Shown here: positions 23,597-32,289 of the stretch, in pieces
How positions within the stretch are numbered: position 1 is the first letter of the stretch
How the letters are laid out: every line of letters begins with the position of its first letter
Source of the DNA: Spirochaetota bacterium
GTDB lineage: Bacteria; Spirochaetota; UBA4802; JAFGDQ01
Direction of reading: 5' to 3'
NCBI GenBank assembly: GCA_016932015.1
Contig: JAFGDQ010000019.1
Span: 11,214 to 75,213, forward strand
DNA: 64,000 nt
Notes under the pieces: generated by a model
The model's database searches: none
What the model saw: the letters and a program-made list of their open reading frames with translations, nothing else
Told to the model about the DNA's origin: nothing
Translations under genes and position numbers: made by a program

Positions 23597-24775
23597 ATGA
23601 AATACAGAAAATTTGGAAAACTTGACTGGGAGGCATCTGTACTCGGATTTGGTGCAATGCGTCTGCCGGTATCCGGCGAAGTAATACTGCCGTTTAATCC
23701 TAATGTTGATGAACCTGAAGCCATTAAAATGATAAGGCATTCCGTTGACAGCGGAGTAAATTATATTGATACAGCTTTCCCGTATCACGCTGGAAAAAGT
23801 GAAGTGGTTGTAGGCAGGGCATTAAAAGACGGGTACAGAGAAAAAGTCAAAATAGCGACTAAACTGCCTCTGTTTATTGTTAATACAAAAGACGATCTTG
23901 ATAAAATATTCAATGAGCAGATGGAAAGACTGGATACGGAGTTTGTGGATTTTTATTTGATGCATGGTTTAAATAAGATGGCATGGTCAAAAGTTAAAGA
24001 TCTGAACATACTGGACTGGGCAGAGAAGAAGATGGGCGCAGGCCTGATTAAGCATCTGGGATTTTCCTTTCATGATGAATATGATGTTTTTAAAGGTATT
24101 GCAGACGGGTATGACAACTGGGCAATGTGCCAGATACAGTATAATTTTATGGATACTGAATATCAGGCAGGTACAAAAGGCCTGAAGTATGCTGCTGATA
24201 AAGGTATGGCTGTTGTAATAATGGAGCCTCTGAGAGGGGGCCTTCTGGTAAAAGCCCCCCCTGAATCAATAAAGAAGTTATGGGCAGATGCCGGGAAAAA
24301 AATGTCACCTGCTGAATGGGCGCTTTTGTGGATATGGAATCAGCCGGAAGTGTCTGTAGTTCTGAGCGGAATGAGTGAAATGAAGCAGGTTGAAGAAAAT
24401 TTATCCGCAGCCGACCGTGCTGAAACAGGTTTGCTGTCCGCTTCCGATCTTGAAGTTGTTAAAAAAGTAAAACAGGAATACAGAAAGCTGAGCAAGATAC
24501 CATGCACACGCTGTAATTACTGCATGCCGTGTCCGAATGGTGTAAGCATACCTACTGTTTTTGATCTTTACAATACTGCTTTCATGTATGATGATCCAGC
24601 TCCATCCAGGCTACAGTATGGATTTCTTCCTGAGGAGGTTCGTGCGGGAAGCTGTATTGAATGCGGACAATGCGAGGAAAAGTGTCCTCAGAATATTCCT
24701 ATTATGGGCTGGCTTAAAAAAGTTAATGACTTATTATATACGGAACCTATTGAAATTCCGGGTAGCAGTAAATAA
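23597..24775 (+). CDS. aldo/keto reductase with C-terminal Fe-S (ferredoxin-like) domain
   Basis: AKR core (GFGAMRL, IDTAF.Y, LMHG). C-terminal CxxCxxCP and CxxCxxCxxxCP motifs (CTRCNYCMPCP; CIECGQCEEKCP). The ATG at 23597 (MKYRKFG...) is preferred over the upstream in-frame ATG at 23537. Confidence 0.75.
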   Translation: MKYRKFGKLDWEASVLGFGAMRLPVSGEVILPFNPNVDEPEAIKMIRHSVDSGVNYIDTAFPYHAGKSEVVVGRALKDGYREKVKIATKLPLFIVNTKDDLDKIFNEQMERLDTEFVDFYLMHGLNKMAWSKVKDLNILDWAEKKMGAGLIKHLGFSFHDEYDVFKGIADGYDNWAMCQIQYNFMDTEYQAGTKGLKYAADKGMAVVIMEPLRGGLLVKAPPESIKKLWADAGKKMSPAEWALLWIWNQPEVSVVLSGMSEMKQVEENLSAADRAETGLLSASDLEVVKKVKQEYRKLSKIPCTRCNYCMPCPNGVSIPTVFDLYNTAFMYDDPAPSRLQYGFLPEEVRAGSCIECGQCEEKCPQNIPIMGWLKKVNDLLYTEPIEIPGSSK

Positions 24776-25427
24776 ATTAATGGATTTATGAGATATTTTT
24801 TTTATTTGTAATAAATCCGGTCTTCCGCAGTTTTACTATGGAAGATATTTTTTATTTTATTATCAGTTATTATTTTGCTTTTATTGCTTTGTTAAAAAAA
24901 TAATTTGTATTCTCAGATTATCCGGAAATACAAATTATTGCTTCTGTTGTTTTCTCCTGTTGTTTCAATCAATATGACCTATATATAATTTTAATCAGCA
25001 AAGAATAAGTCTTTGCTATTTGCAGTTTATTCCCATTATTAAAGACGGCACAAGTGAGGGGAATTCGAAAAAAATTGTAAAATGTTAGTTAACAATAATA
25101 ATATTTTACTTGTAAAATAAACAGTGTTTATAAATTATTAATATTATTTTTAGTAAAAAGTAACATTTTTTAAATATGACCGGGTTTATATTATGAAAAA
25201 ATAAAATCGCATTTTGGTTGCGGTATTTACTTTTCCGGAATGATATATTGGTTTTAACAATATTTAGCCGGAAAAATTTTTTATAGCATAATGGAAATAC
25301 GATTGTAATAAAATGTTATAATTAGTAGTTATTTCCAAAAGAATCAAGGCATTGATTTTATTTTGCAGCATACAATTAAATATTCTATATATATATTGTT
25401 TCCCTTAAAATTGCGGAGGATGCATTA

Positions 25428-26204
25428 ATGAAAAAAACAGCATATTTACTTATCCTTCTTCTGGCAACGGCTTTATACGCAGAAGATGATAAAAATTATC
25501 TTCTCAGAAAGAAGATACAGGAATCTAAACAGAAAATTGAAAGGCTTAATAAGCTTACAGAAGAAACAGATAAAAGAATAAAAGATTTATCTGAAAGCCA
25601 TGCAAAGAGAATAAAAAAGAGAACGTCAGACATCTCGGAATTAGGTTCTGAAATCAGGGTGCTTGAGAAGGAGCTCAGAAATGCAAAGCTGCAGAACAGT
25701 ACACTGAAAAATTCCGTAAAGGATTTTGAACTTCAGTTCGCGTCATACAGAAACAGCATTGAAAAGAACATGGAGAAATCAAGGCAGTCTATCAGGAATA
25801 ATATTCCATATAATATTGAGGAACGGAACACAAATATTTCCAAGCTTATTTCTGAAACGGAATTTGAAAGCATTACTCCTGAAGAAATATTCAACCGTTA
25901 CTATAATTTTCTTAACCGTGAACTGGCTACGGGGATGGACTCTGAGGTTTATTCCAAAGGCAATATCAAATACCTGAGAATAGGCTGGATACTGCTGTGC
26001 TATTCGGATGATCAGGGCAAGGAAGCGGGTATTTTAGTGAAAAAGAATAATAAATGGGAATGGAAAACGGATATTGATTTTTCAACAAGAAAAGCAATAA
26101 GAGATTCAATTAAGATGGTGGAAGGAAAGAAAGCACCTGATCTTATGGAGTTTCCTGTTCCGCTCTCCCTGCTTAAGGAAACTGCGAAAGGAGGCGTAAA
26201 ATGA
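25428..26204 (+). CDS. periplasmic coiled-coil protein, DUF3450-like (TonB-system associated)
   Basis: Signal peptide plus long coiled coil. First gene of a DUF3450-TtpC-ExbB-ExbD-TonB-TPR arrangement. Confidence 0.5.
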   Translation: MKKTAYLLILLLATALYAEDDKNYLLRKKIQESKQKIERLNKLTEETDKRIKDLSESHAKRIKKRTSDISELGSEIRVLEKELRNAKLQNSTLKNSVKDFELQFASYRNSIEKNMEKSRQSIRNNIPYNIEERNTNISKLISETEFESITPEEIFNRYYNFLNRELATGMDSEVYSKGNIKYLRIGWILLCYSDDQGKEAGILVKKNNKWEWKTDIDFSTRKAIRDSIKMVEGKKAPDLMEFPVPLSLLKETAKGGVK

Positions 26205-27634
26205 AAAAGCTGATTGTATGTTTAATAATATTGTTTTCTACACTTCCGTTATTCGCGGATGAGGAAGCTGACCTGAAAAGAGATTATGAAAAAATTGAGA
26301 AAGAACTTGAAATAGCTGAAACAGAATTCTGGAAAAAGAAATACGCACTGATCGAATTAAAGCAGAAGGTGAAAGAAGAAATTGGAGATCTTGAGACCGA
26401 CTACAATGAGCTGATAAAAAACCGCAGTGCGTTGAAAGAGGAAATTCTGAGCATTGAGGTTGATAATAAAAGCCTTGGTGAAAAGAAGGACAATTACAAT
26501 CTAAGGATTTCCGAGATCTATTCAATATATCTTAAGTCTCTGGATGAGCTGACTTTATTTGCAAAGAGGAACGGCCCGTTCACACAGCAGAAGGATTTAC
26601 TTATACTTCAGGATATAAGAAACGGCGTTGAGAAAAAACAGGGGATTATTAAAAGCGGAGAGGAGCTTATAGACTTTCTTAATTCAAAGATTGAAGATTC
26701 AAGAGAATGTACTGTCGTTCATTCAGATATTATTACTAAAGACAGGTCAGTGGAAAAAGGCAGGAAGCTCCGTCTCGGTTATATCTTTAACGGTTATGTT
26801 ACAGATTCCGGAAATCATGCGGGGATGGTACTGCGTACAGGTAAAATCACACAGAATGCTTTTGCATGGCATGAAGATTTGTCGTCATCTCAGGCGGATA
26901 TGATAAAAGATACGGTGTTTGGAATAAGCAGCAATAAGGAAATAGCTTTCCTGCCTCTTGACGTTATGCAGTCAAAGGCCGTAGGTAAGACGTATGCCAC
27001 AAAAGGATCTTTCATTAAAGAAATTGCGGAATGGTTTAAGTCCGGCGGTATTGTTATGTATGCTATTGTCTTTGTACTTGCATATGCGATTTTTATAATG
27101 ATAAACAGAATTATAGTATTCAGAAAAAACAGAGGCGATGCTTCATGTTTAATGGAATCTCTTCAGGATCTGATTGAGAAGAAGGATTTTGACGTTGCTG
27201 TTCAGCTTTGTGAATCAGAGAACAGCCCGCTTACGCGTCTGATGAAAGAAATTCTTAAAGACAGAAAACTGTCGCGTGAAGACGTGGAGCTTAAGATTCA
27301 GGAGATTATTCTACATGAGATTCCCGTAATTGAGAAGCATCTTCCCACCCTGAAGAGTCTCGGCGCCCTGGCTCCGCTTCTCGGGCTTCTGGGAACCGTA
27401 ACAGGAATGATTTCGCTTTTCGATGTTATTACCGTTTTCGGTACCGGCGATCCGAAGCTTCTGGCAGGAGGAATTGCAGAGGCTCTTGTTACAACAGAAT
27501 TCGGACTTATTGTTGCCATTCCGTCAGTGCTGTTTCACAGGGTACTTTTGAATTACGCGGAAAAGATAATAAACGATCTTGAAAGATTCAGCCTTACAGT
27601 TCTAAATACAGGCTGGAACAGCAAAAAGAATTAA
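26201..27634 (+). CDS. MotA/TolQ/ExbB family proton-channel protein with long N-terminal periplasmic coiled-coil (TtpC-like)
   Basis: Signal peptide, ~270-aa coiled-coil region, then a 3-TM ExbB core (LGLLGTVTGMI, GIAEALVTTEFGLIVAIP). Confidence 0.75.
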   Translation: MKKLIVCLIILFSTLPLFADEEADLKRDYEKIEKELEIAETEFWKKKYALIELKQKVKEEIGDLETDYNELIKNRSALKEEILSIEVDNKSLGEKKDNYNLRISEIYSIYLKSLDELTLFAKRNGPFTQQKDLLILQDIRNGVEKKQGIIKSGEELIDFLNSKIEDSRECTVVHSDIITKDRSVEKGRKLRLGYIFNGYVTDSGNHAGMVLRTGKITQNAFAWHEDLSSSQADMIKDTVFGISSNKEIAFLPLDVMQSKAVGKTYATKGSFIKEIAEWFKSGGIVMYAIVFVLAYAIFIMINRIIVFRKNRGDASCLMESLQDLIEKKDFDVAVQLCESENSPLTRLMKEILKDRKLSREDVELKIQEIILHEIPVIEKHLPTLKSLGALAPLLGLLGTVTGMISLFDVITVFGTGDPKLLAGGIAEALVTTEFGLIVAIPSVLFHRVLLNYAEKIINDLERFSLTVLNTGWNSKKN

Positions 27635-27635
27635 T

Positions 27636-28238
27636 ATGATAGATCAGATAATTGAAACATTTTTAAGAGCAGGCAATGTAATATATTTTATTTTTCTAAC
27701 CTCTGTTTATGCCTGGTTTTTAATCTTAAGGAAATATTTTCTAATCAGAAATGAATCCAGGCGCAGCAGTGATCTTTTCAGAAAGGTTTTTTCTTATCTA
27801 AGCAGAAAAGACACGTCAAAGCTTAAGCAGTATTTGCAGACGGAAGATAAAATAATTACAGAGTGTATAGACTCTGTCTCTGATTTGAAAGATAAAAATA
27901 ATGTTGAGAGCGCTATTGAGCAGAACAGGCTGTACTATTTCTCCCTGCTTGATAATAATGTAGGAACAATCAACACTCTTGCGGCAATTGCTCCTCTCCT
28001 GGGGCTTCTGGGAACTGTTACGGGAATGATGAAAACTTTCGCTATTATCAGGCTTTTCGGGTCAGCCAATCCCGCGCTGATGGCTGAGGGAATTTCCGAA
28101 GCTTTACTTACCACACAGGCAGGACTGATTGTCGCGTTTCCCATTGTGCTCGCAAATACGTTTTTGAAAAACAGGATAAGGGACCTGAAAGATAATTTTG
28201 AAAAGATTTTTATGAAGATGAGAGGCAATCATGTTTGA
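27636..28238 (+). CDS. exbB: ExbB/TolQ proton-channel protein
   Basis: LGLLGTVTGMM and GISEALLTTQAGLIVAFP motifs. 200 aa. Confidence 0.8.
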   Translation: MIDQIIETFLRAGNVIYFIFLTSVYAWFLILRKYFLIRNESRRSSDLFRKVFSYLSRKDTSKLKQYLQTEDKIITECIDSVSDLKDKNNVESAIEQNRLYYFSLLDNNVGTINTLAAIAPLLGLLGTVTGMMKTFAIIRLFGSANPALMAEGISEALLTTQAGLIVAFPIVLANTFLKNRIRDLKDNFEKIFMKMRGNHV

Positions 28239-28635
28239 TTTCATAAGAAAGAAAGAATCGGATTCCGAAGATATAAATATTTCCCCGCTGATAGATATGG
28301 TATTTATTCTTCTGATATTTTTTGTTGTTACTACGTCATTCTCAAGGGAAACCGGAGTTGAAGTTAACAAGCCCAAGGCTGCCTCATCTCAGACTCTTTC
28401 CCAGGAAAATATTATGATTGCGGTAACTTCGGAAGGCACTTTCCATATTCTTGAAAAGCAGGTGGATTTGAATCAGCTTTCAATGATTGTTAAGCGGCTC
28501 GCGAATGAGAATCCGGACAGGCAGGCTGTTGTTATGGTGGACCGGAACGCGAAAAGCGGTGATGTTGTTGATGTAATAGATGTATGCAATCTTTCAGGCG
28601 TAAAAAAAGTGAACATTGCAGCGATTAAGAAATGA
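28231..28635 (+). CDS. exbD: ExbD/TolR biopolymer transport protein
   Basis: 134 aa with an N-terminal single TM (INISPLIDMVFILLIFFVV), the typical ExbD topology. Confidence 0.8.
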   Translation: MFDFIRKKESDSEDINISPLIDMVFILLIFFVVTTSFSRETGVEVNKPKAASSQTLSQENIMIAVTSEGTFHILEKQVDLNQLSMIVKRLANENPDRQAVVMVDRNAKSGDVVDVIDVCNLSGVKKVNIAAIKK

Positions 28636-29258
28636 AAATAAATTTAAAAAATTACAACTATTTAAATTTCGCAAAATATATTATACTGGCTTTCGGAATA
28701 AGTGTTCTGCTTTTTCTTCTGCTTCCTGTATCTTATTATCTGTTTCATCAGGAGATTTATAAAATGATACAAAGCAAAAAGACATCTGCTGTTAAGGTTG
28801 AGACAATTAAGATTCAGGAAAAAAAGAAGGACATCAAACAGATTGAAAAGCGTGAGAAGACAAAGCTGATTAGACCGCGGACACAGCAGTTTACACGATT
28901 TAATCTTGATCTCTCCGTAATGTCAGGGGAAGGCGGCAGCGGCGGAGTGATGCAGTCCGGATTCGGTACTGTTATTGAAGAAGGCGAAGCTGATGTGCCG
29001 CCTATAAAGCGAATTTTTATTCCTCCGAAATACCCGTCTAGAGCAAGGGAGGAGGATGTTGAAGGTAAGGTCGTTGCCAAGCTCCTGATCGACGAAAACG
29101 GCGATGTTATTTCCGTCAGAATACTGAAGGAACCAAGACACTGGGGTTTCGGAAGCGCGGTAATTGAAGCAGCGCAGAAGTGGAAATTTGAACCGGCAAA
29201 ATTAAACAACCTGCCTGTAAAGGTCTGGGCAACTCAGGTGATAGAATTCAAGCTATGA
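28632..29258 (+). CDS. tonB: TonB-family energy transducer
   Basis: N-terminal TM, Lys/Glu-rich spacer, conserved C-terminal TonB fold (PPKYPSRAREEDVEGKVV...DENGDV). Confidence 0.7.
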   Translation: MKINLKNYNYLNFAKYIILAFGISVLLFLLLPVSYYLFHQEIYKMIQSKKTSAVKVETIKIQEKKKDIKQIEKREKTKLIRPRTQQFTRFNLDLSVMSGEGGSGGVMQSGFGTVIEEGEADVPPIKRIFIPPKYPSRAREEDVEGKVVAKLLIDENGDVISVRILKEPRHWGFGSAVIEAAQKWKFEPAKLNNLPVKVWATQVIEFKL

Positions 29259-30271
29259 AAAAATTACTTATTATCATAATAATATTTGTTTATGCAGGTG
29301 TAACCTTTGCTGAAGACATGGGTGTAGAGTATGTAAAGAGGGCAAACGCCGAATTCCAGAACAAGCGTTTCAGAAAGGCGCTGGAGATATATAACAAAGC
29401 TCTGAAATTCGATGTAAATAAGGCTCTTGTCTATTACAATATCGCGAATGTTTATTATCTTCTGAATCAGCCGTGGGAATCAATTGTATATTATCAGAAG
29501 GTAATTGATCTTGCACCGGATTTTATCAATTCATACCTGAATCTCGCAAAGATCCTGCACAAGATCAGGGAATATGATAAGGCTATTGCAATATTAAAGA
29601 AGGCTATTGAGGTTAAGCCTGACAATGAGGAATGCCTGCTTCTTATTGGCAGCTGCTACATGTCTCTTGAAGTCTTTCCTGAAGCCATATATAATTTTGA
29701 AAAAGCCAGGGAGCTTTATCCTTACAAGCTTACATCATATTACTTTCTGACTGAGGCATATCTTAACCTGAATGATTATGAATCAGCTATTGCACAGATG
29801 GAGCAGGCTGCCGACATATCCCAGGACACGCAGATACTTTCATATCTCGGAGATCTGTATCAGGCTAATGGTAACTATGACAAGGCAATCAATACATTTG
29901 AAAATATAATTGATGTGAAAAAGAAAGACGAGGCTGCCTATTACAGGCTTGCCGAATCATACCTTGCCAATGACCAGAAATTTATGGCTATTGATACTCT
30001 TCAGAGAGCGATTGAAAATATTCCGGAATATATTGATGCTTATATTTTACTTGGAAATATTTATTTTGATAATTCATTTTATGAGGACGCTGAAAAGGTA
30101 TTTTTTAAAGCCGCAGGTATTAATTCTCAAAAAGTAAGGGTTTATATTAAGAACCTTGCTATCACTTATTATAATGAAAAGGATGAAGATAAGCTCCGCT
30201 CTCTTTATATGAAAGCCCTTAAAATTGACCCTTCACTTGCAGGTATTATGAGAGAGCTTATAAAAATATAG
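29255..30271 (+). CDS. TPR-repeat protein (TonB-cluster associated)
   Basis: Signal peptide plus at least 7 TPR-like repeats (W-LG-Y...A...F..A....P). Confidence 0.75.
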   Translation: MKKLLIIIIIFVYAGVTFAEDMGVEYVKRANAEFQNKRFRKALEIYNKALKFDVNKALVYYNIANVYYLLNQPWESIVYYQKVIDLAPDFINSYLNLAKILHKIREYDKAIAILKKAIEVKPDNEECLLLIGSCYMSLEVFPEAIYNFEKARELYPYKLTSYYFLTEAYLNLNDYESAIAQMEQAADISQDTQILSYLGDLYQANGNYDKAINTFENIIDVKKKDEAAYYRLAESYLANDQKFMAIDTLQRAIENIPEYIDAYILLGNIYFDNSFYEDAEKVFFKAAGINSQKVRVYIKNLAITYYNEKDEDKLRSLYMKALKIDPSLAGIMRELIKI

Positions 30272-30393
30272 ATTTTTTCTTCCTTTTGTACCCTCTCCCG
30301 GTTGATTTAAATTACTTTACTTTTTAATTCCACTCTGCTATATCTTGAAGTTTAAAAATTTTAGATTTTTTAAACTATATTCGGGAGTTATCA

Positions 30394-31152
30394 ATGAAAA
30401 ACAGAATATTATGTGCACTGCTGTTTATTGCACTTATTTCCTTTGCCGGCTGTAATGCCAGGCAGTATTTACTTACTGATTTTGTAAATCTGGACAAATC
30501 TTATGTTCCTGCGCTTTTCCTGACGAATAAAGAAAAGTCTGATCCTTCAAAGAAAGCTGTCGGAAGGCTGATAACAGAATGGGTTTCCTTTAAAGGAAAA
30601 TATTATGATTTTAATAAGGATGATGAGCAATGGAGCAGGGATTTTGACACTGTTGAACAAAGCATAAGGGCCGCGGAAAAGATTGTCTCTTCTAACGGAG
30701 ACCTTATTGAAGCTTATGAAATTCTTAAGAATGTAAGGCATACTTTTATTAAAACAAGAAGAAGGAATAATATTGAATATTACATCGATTATCTGACCGA
30801 TTTTCATAGTCCGATGGATCATATTACAGCACAGGTTATGGGAAAAAAACCTGAAGCGCTTACAGGTAAAAATATTGATGAAATAAAAGAGGCTTTGCCT
30901 GAGGCAAAAAGACTTTGGGAAGCATTAAAAAATGCTGAATTTGATGAAGACCTGTTCGTTTTTAACAAAGATAAAGTTAAAGAGATGCAGAAGCTTGTTC
31001 TGGCAGTGACTAAGAATCTGGAAGAACTGGAAAGCGCGGTTAAAAGCAAACCGGATAAAGCCAAGATAATAGAACTATCGTTAAGTACGGGAGAAAGTTT
31101 TTCTTTTTTCTTTATGCTGTTCGGTAATTTTCACGGACTTGGAAAGATATAA
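30394..31152 (+). CDS. lipoprotein of unknown function
   Basis: Lipobox ISFAGC at residues 15-20. Confidence 0.5.
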   Translation: MKNRILCALLFIALISFAGCNARQYLLTDFVNLDKSYVPALFLTNKEKSDPSKKAVGRLITEWVSFKGKYYDFNKDDEQWSRDFDTVEQSIRAAEKIVSSNGDLIEAYEILKNVRHTFIKTRRRNNIEYYIDYLTDFHSPMDHITAQVMGKKPEALTGKNIDEIKEALPEAKRLWEALKNAEFDEDLFVFNKDKVKEMQKLVLAVTKNLEELESAVKSKPDKAKIIELSLSTGESFSFFFMLFGNFHGLGKI

Positions 31153-31263
31153 ATCAAATCATTTTTGAAATACGGACGGACGTTTTCGGTTCAGTTGTTT
31201 TATGAATAAGAGAGATAAGTCTTCAGGCGGACTATTTGATAATATGTTTTCTATGGAAAAAAT

Positions 31264-31336
31264 CTGCCCGGCCAGGGCTCGAACCTGGAGACTTCTGATC
31301 CAGAGTCAGACGTGATGCCAATTTCACCACCGAGCA
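31264..31336 (-). tRNA. tRNA-Gln (anticodon CUG)
   Basis: Folded by hand into a 73-nt cloverleaf. U1-A72 acceptor pair and G73 discriminator (Gln identity). D-loop GG, T-loop TTCGAGC, anticodon loop CU-CUG-GA. No encoded CCA. Confidence 0.75.
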
Positions 31337-31476
31337 AATATTTGAATAAATATATTAGGCTAAATATTAAAGAGTATAATTTTTGTCAAGTATATATGAT
31401 TTTCAGGGAAAGAATTCATAATATTTGAAAAAATTGATAACACAAAATTATCATTATAAAAATCATAAAGATAATT

Positions 31477-32289
31477 TTAAATATTAAACGAGGACGGCCT
31501 TGCTATCTGGTATTTATTGAAAAGCATCTCTGTTCTGGTTACTATGTCTGTCTGGAAATCTTTTTCATACTGAACATCAAGCACATATGCTTTTGCTGTT
31601 AATTTTACAGCTATACGCTCCGCGAATGCTGTCTCTGCAAGGACGATTTTAACGGGTTTTTTAAGAAACACAAATTTGCTGGTAACAACTACCTCATACA
31701 GCAGCTCTTTGGCTTTTGCAATATCAGCGTTAAGCCCTACATGGAAGTCTGTAACTACCATCATGTGAAGAGCACCGGCGTTTCCGCTGCTTACGATATC
31801 AGTAAAAAATTTTGAGTTCGGTATTGTAACGATGTCGTCACTAAGCGTATTGATTCTGACAGCTCTTAATCCAATAGAGATTATTTCCCCGTAAACATCA
31901 TTGAATTTTACCCTGTCGCCTACCTGGAAGGGCCTGTCAAAAAGCAGTACAATTCCTGCAAACAGCGACCCTACAAGGTCTTTTAGCGAAAAACCAATGG
32001 CGACAGCTGCACTTCCTCCGAGTGCAAAAAGCAGTTCTTTCGGCGGGTCAAGAATAACATAAAATAGACTGATGCAGCCGGTAATATAAAGAAAGAATGT
32101 AATAATAGTCACAATTTGCAGTATTTGCAAACGATGGTGATGAAATTTAACCTGCAGACGGGAACCCAGTTTCTGAATGAGTTTTACTATACCTACAAGA
32201 ATAGCAAGTGAAATCACCAGAAGAAATATTCTGTCGAGTTGTATCAGATTTGAAAAATCCTGAAGAGGCTCGATATATTCAGTTGACAT
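31477..32289 (-). CDS. small-conductance mechanosensitive channel (MscS family)
   Basis: 3 TM helices plus a conserved MscS beta-domain (FQVGDRVKFNDVYGEIISIGLRAVRINTLSDDIVTIPNS). Confidence 0.8.
   Translation of the reverse strand: MSTEYIEPLQDFSNLIQLDRIFLLVISLAILVGIVKLIQKLGSRLQVKFHHHRLQILQIVTIITFFLYITGCISLFYVILDPPKELLFALGGSAAVAIGFSLKDLVGSLFAGIVLLFDRPFQVGDRVKFNDVYGEIISIGLRAVRINTLSDDIVTIPNSKFFTDIVSSGNAGALHMMVVTDFHVGLNADIAKAKELLYEVVVTSKFVFLKKPVKIVLAETAFAERIAVKLTAKAYVLDVQYEKDFQTDIVTRTEMLFNKYQIARPSSFNI

Noticed and set aside
27298-28376. Minus-strand ORFs (73, 97, 90 aa) inside the exbB genes
   Set aside because: They are antisense to strongly conserved ExbB coding sequence. Codon composition fits the plus-strand genes.
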